From Paraspadella gotoi (taxonomy: Eukaryota > Animalia > Chaetognatha), in assembly GCA_051294375.1 (NCBI GenBank), contig CM119265.1:6705489-6769488 (forward strand): a DNA stretch of 64,000 nucleotides, given 5' to 3'. Positions 59,411 through 64,000 of this stretch are shown here, piece after piece. The notes under the pieces are model-generated. The model was not told the origin of the DNA, searched no databases, and was given only the letters and a program-made list of their open reading frames with translations. Position 1 is the stretch's first letter; each line of letters opens with the position of its first letter. The position numbers and the translations under genes are program-made.

Positions 59411-60985
59411 TACAGAAGTCTTCATATTAGAAAATGCTCTCCCCGTTTTTCTGACCGAAAATCGGTTCTCACCAAATCACTGAACCAAATCTATGATTTT
59501 GCATATAGTATTCGAATAGCCATGCATGGCCGTGGGCTGACCCCTGTGGGACCCATATTTCGGGGCATAGGTCAAATTTCTATTGCCCCGAAATTTTAAT
59601 TTCTATTTCAATTGCCCAGAATTGGGCCAAAATTTGACCAAAGTCGGTCTAGTAGTTTGATCGGAATAGATTTTTTTGTTTGAGTTTGAGCAAACAATGT
59701 CGGATCTGCCTACAATAATTAAGTGGTTGTAGAAGACGAAAATAGTAGGTAATCAGCTAATCAGATGATAAATTACAATTTTTTTTTAAAAATTTTGAAC
59801 TCGCATAATTTTTTCAACTCGCATAATTTTCAACTCGCATCATTTTTCAACTCGCTCATTTTTTCAACTCGCATCATTTTTTCAACTCGCATCATTTTTT
59901 CACTCGCATCATTTTTTCCACTCGCATCATTTTTTCCACTCGCATCTTTTTTCCACTCGCATCATTTTTTCCACTCGCATCATTTTTTCACTCGCATCAT
60001 TTTTCCACTCGCATCATTTTTTCCACTCGCATCATTTTTTCCACTCGCATCATTTTTTCCACTCGCATCATTTTTTCCACTCGCATCATTTTTTCCACTC
60101 GCATCATTTTTTCCACTCGCATCATTTTTTCCACTCGCATCATTTTTTCCACTCGCATTCATTTTTTCCACTCGCATCATTTTTCCACTCTCACATCATT
60201 TTTTTCCACTCGCATCATTTTTTCCACTCGCATCTTTTTTCACTCGCATATTTTTTCCACTCGCATCATTTTTTCCACTCGCATCATTTTTACAATTCAC
60301 ATCATTTTTTTAACTTGCGCCATTTTTATGATCATTTTTAGTGCTGATTCATCGGGAAAAAAAACGAGTCTGCAGCTGGCTCTGCAGGGGCTTTTTCTTT
60401 TTCCCTCTTTTCTCCTGCTGCTTCTACTGCTGCCTTTTGATTTCTTTATTTTTTTCTGGCTGCCTCTGCTGCTGCCGCTCTCTCTCTCTGCGTTTTTATT
60501 TTAAAAAAAATTGAATTAGGATTGAACTCGTAAAATTAAGCATCGCATTTGTGCTATTTTGCTATTTTGCTATCGCAACATCATGTTTTTATTTCCTTTT
60601 TATCTCTCTCTCTGCAATTGCGACGATCCTTATGCTTTTAAGATTTTTTCACCTTGCATCATTTTTTGAACTTGCATAATTTTTTTAAATTGCATCATTT
60701 TTTCACATTAATTAATTAATTAAAACATTTATTAGTGTTCATAAAGAATAAAGATTCAAGTAAATGTGACTTATGTTTTTTCCATTTAAACTCATTTCCA
60801 CTGGCACAATTCCGTCAAAACGTACGGACATCATTTTTTTTGCATAATTTATCATAATTCGATGTTCTGACATGATATAAGTTAGTGCCCGACAATATTG
60901 AGGGGGCGGACCAACGGACCGACAAAGTGAATTATAGAGTCGACTAAAAAACGGGAGAACATTTTCTATTATGAAGCCTTCTGTA
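59411..60985. mobile_element. Tc1/mariner-like MITE with a nested H1 element (about 59683-60946) and a ~21-bp satellite (59800-60300)
   Basis: TACAGAAGTCTTCATATTAGAAAATG...CATTTTCTATTATGAAGCCTTCTGTA termini; internal H1 ends; CCACTCGCATCATTTTTT repeats. Confidence 0.7.
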
Positions 60986-61965
60986 CTATTTGCAATGTTA
61001 TTCAGAAAATATTATTATGTTACTTTGAATACCTTTCAATTTTGAGATTCAATTAAAATTTACAACTACTACTTTGAAAAGAATTAGTTACCAATATACC
61101 TAAAAAGCGAGTCACATTAAATCCCATTTTTAAAATTCCTAATCTCGTATACTTCGTAGCGCTTAACAATAACGTTTTCATGCTTTACATGGCATTTTTA
61201 TTTCCTTAAGTTACACGTTTGTCTTTTGACTTTTCTGAATTACAACCAAAGACTTCTTTTTTGCGCTTACATCTTTTTCTTATTTTAATTTTTTTAAATT
61301 TTTGATTTACTTTTTTTTTCGTACCTGTTGTGTGATAATGACAGATTTTATTTTTATTGCAATAAGTGTCCTTAACTACTGCATATTGAATAATCTAGAC
61401 CAAATTTCGGCACCAACGAGTGAATTTGTGCACATTTTATTCAATTTTGTTAATATTAATGTTTTAAATGTAAATTTAATATTTGTAATATTGTGGTCAA
61501 AACTGACGGTCCGCTCTTTTTAATGAATCTAATGAAATATTAAATTTTAATTTGGCTTTAATTTATTAGTTCTATCATAACGTATATGTCTCGAACCTTT
61601 TTCAATTGTTTTTGTCCTTGGTGCATGGGACCCTTTAATATTCTTTTGGGAACTACTCTAATCCCAGTTTCAGTCTCCTAACTAATATAAAATGCTCCAG
61701 AAAAACATTAGTTTCTTCCTGGTTGGTCTACCTCAGAGGAACATGCTATTGAATTTCAATTAACATTAGATTGAACTTTTCACTCAAAAATACCGTTTTA
61801 TTTAACAGAATAACCTTCCTATTGTAATAGGATCTGACCGTCATTTAATCTAATCTACCTAATTTTTGAATTTTCAATTATGAAGATTTTTTTTTCTATT
61901 AGCATAATTTAAAATGGCCTTTGGATTGTAAAATTGAATCGCAGATCTGCTCCATCATTTACAAC

Positions 61966-63433
61966 ATGACTCAATTAGCAAATCAAATGAACCAGATGAA
62001 TCTTGGGGCTCCACCATCAAGCCTCGCTGGAACTATGCCTCCTACGGCACGTGGTAAGAACATTATTAGGCCTGGTGTTTTGAAAAAAAGGTGGCCAAAA
62101 ACCCCTTTCTTTTACTTTGTTAAATAGTTTTTTTTTGGATACTAGGTAGAATAAAACCTATAGGCCTCTTCAACTCTAAATATTTTTTGTATCTGAGAAG
62201 CTGTTTCATATTTAAAAAAATGTAGCCAATTCTGATTTGAATTAGGGTGTTAGGTGCAAAAGTAAAACTTCGTAAAAATTTTGTTTTACCTCACCTCAGT
62301 ATTTTTAATCAAATATTATTAAAAGATAGCTCATTTTAGTAAGATAAAGCTAATATTTCAAAATTACATGTTTATAATGTTTAACAGGCCCTATGGTTGC
62401 TCCTCAAAATCCGATGATGCCCCCACCAATGGCTAATCATTATGCTGGCATACAAAATTTTCAAAACGCAAGCTTATCTCATATGCCGCTCCCGCCAAAC
62501 GTTGGAACACCACAAATGTCACATATGCCTCCAATATCTAATCATTCTGGAGTGGCGCCTAATTCTGGCATGTCCCAAATGCCTCATCACTATGGAGAAA
62601 TATCGCCGTTGACGGGGGTTTCACCTGTCTCGACCCATACAAATTTAGGAATGGTAGCCAATTCAAACCCACATATGCCGCCCATGCCTCATTATTCGAA
62701 TTCGGGTCCAGGCATGCCACCCCTAATATCTCTGCCAGTATCATCTGGCATGCCGGGAGTACCTTCGAGAGCTTCTCCAATGGCAACCACGGGCATAGCT
62801 CCGAATGCTGGAATGCCGCCATTGCCATTTCAGGCAGGATCAAACATGCCTCCCATGCCGCCAGTTAGCAATCACTATGGAAGTATTCCTTCTTCGGCCC
62901 CGGGAATTCCTGCAGCTTCAAGTCCGGCGGTTAGTACAAAAATATTTCTGTATTAGATTTATTATTCTTTTATATTATTTTAAATTGTTTTTTAGCCAGC
63001 GCCACAACAGTCAAAAAAATTGGATCCCGATCATATGCCGAGTCCTATTCAAGTTATTGAAGATGATAAAAGTGAGTGACTTTTCTGTGAAGCCATATTT
63101 GCTCTTACTCAATTTATTTGTTTGTTTAAGGTAAATCCAGCGGTCCGTGGGCTACGGGTCAACGTGGAACCGTTCCGCCTTTGGTCACCACAAATTTCGT
63201 TGCTGTCGATCAGGGAAACTGCAGTCCACGTTTCATTAGGTTCGATATTTTACGATACAAATAGCAAAAAAAGCAAATTTTAGAAAATAAACCTTTGAAT
63301 TTTAGGTCGACAATGTATAACATTCCTAGTCAGCCGGATCTGATTAAACAGTGCCACATCCCGATTGCGTTGTCCGTCTCACCTTTCGCTCGTCCCCATC
63401 CAGATGAAGTTCCCCCGCCATTGATCGATTTAG
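61966..63433 (+). CDS. SEC24C: COPII coat subunit Sec24C/D-like, 5' exons (gene runs off the window end)
   Basis: Pro-rich N-terminus, then [18 protein letters not shown]...[32 protein letters not shown]...[12 protein letters not shown], the Sec24C/D signature. Exons about 61945-62052, 62388-62929, 62996-63070, 63131-63238 and 63306-63433. The start codon is not certain. Confidence 0.92.
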
Positions 63434-63644
63434 GTAGTCCAAGTTAATGTCGATAACACGGTGCTGCAGATTCAGACTTAAATGGGGTTTCTCGTTTTCA
63501 TATTTTTTTTTCTTTTATTCTTTCTCTTGGGCGACAAATCATTATCACTTTTCAAGATTTTTATTGTCGCGATCAATAAATTAATTACATTATAAATCGC
63601 CTTTTTATAAAAGTGTGTAATTGTATGAAGCTAAAATTTAGATA

Positions 63645-63918
63645 TATTATATAATTAAATTAATTAATTAATAACTAAATTAATTAATTAATAATTAAAT
63701 TAATTAAAAATTAAATTAATTAATAATTAAATAATTAATAATTAAATTAATTAATAATTAAATAATTAATAATTAAATTATTAATAATTAAATTAATTAA
63801 TAATTAAATTAATTAATAATTAAATTAATTAATAATTAAATTAATTAATAATTAAATTAATTAATAATTAAATTAATTAATAATTAAATTAATTAATAAT
63901 TAAATTAATTAATAATTA
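63645..63918. repeat. Pure-AT ~19-bp tandem repeat in a Sec24 intron
   Basis: AATTAAATTAATTAATAAT units. Confidence 0.85.
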
Positions 63919-64000
63919 TATATATATTCTCATCATCAAGGTTCTTCATAATCGATAATTTTTAGTGATCCTTATAATTTTGTATTATTTATTAGTTAAA

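Overview
AT-rich invertebrate animal genomic DNA with short GT-AG introns and two N gaps. Roughly the first 7 kb carries many single-base indels that look like sequencing error. Genes: (1) a minus-strand gene with a Gly/Tyr-rich region and at least 14 symmetric ~126-nt exons, each encoding an acidic C-x7-GDGxDNDCDGxIDEE-x4-DDDGDGxIDED repeat; (2) an F-BAR protein with a long Pro-rich tail carrying tyrosine motifs; (3) a ~8.7-kb cluster of 14 tRNA genes, each with a different anticodon (one is a probable pseudogene); (4) two tandem LRRC8/VRAC-like channel genes with short LRR domains and different intron positions; (5) a three-Ig-domain transmembrane protein; (6) the 5' part of Sec24C/D. Mobile DNA includes Helentron-type non-autonomous elements carrying satellites, Tc1/mariner-like MITEs, a solo LTR with a 5-bp TSD, CRE-like and MULE-like fragments, and Penelope-type minimal hammerheads. 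The main unexpected signal is three sequence-unrelated short interspersed element families, two of them with tRNA-derived heads. Each carries the same compact, circularly permuted (P5-type) twister-ribozyme fold with a minimal P1, supported by compensatory changes in both pseudoknots. All structures and exon models were derived by eye and need computational and experimental checks.
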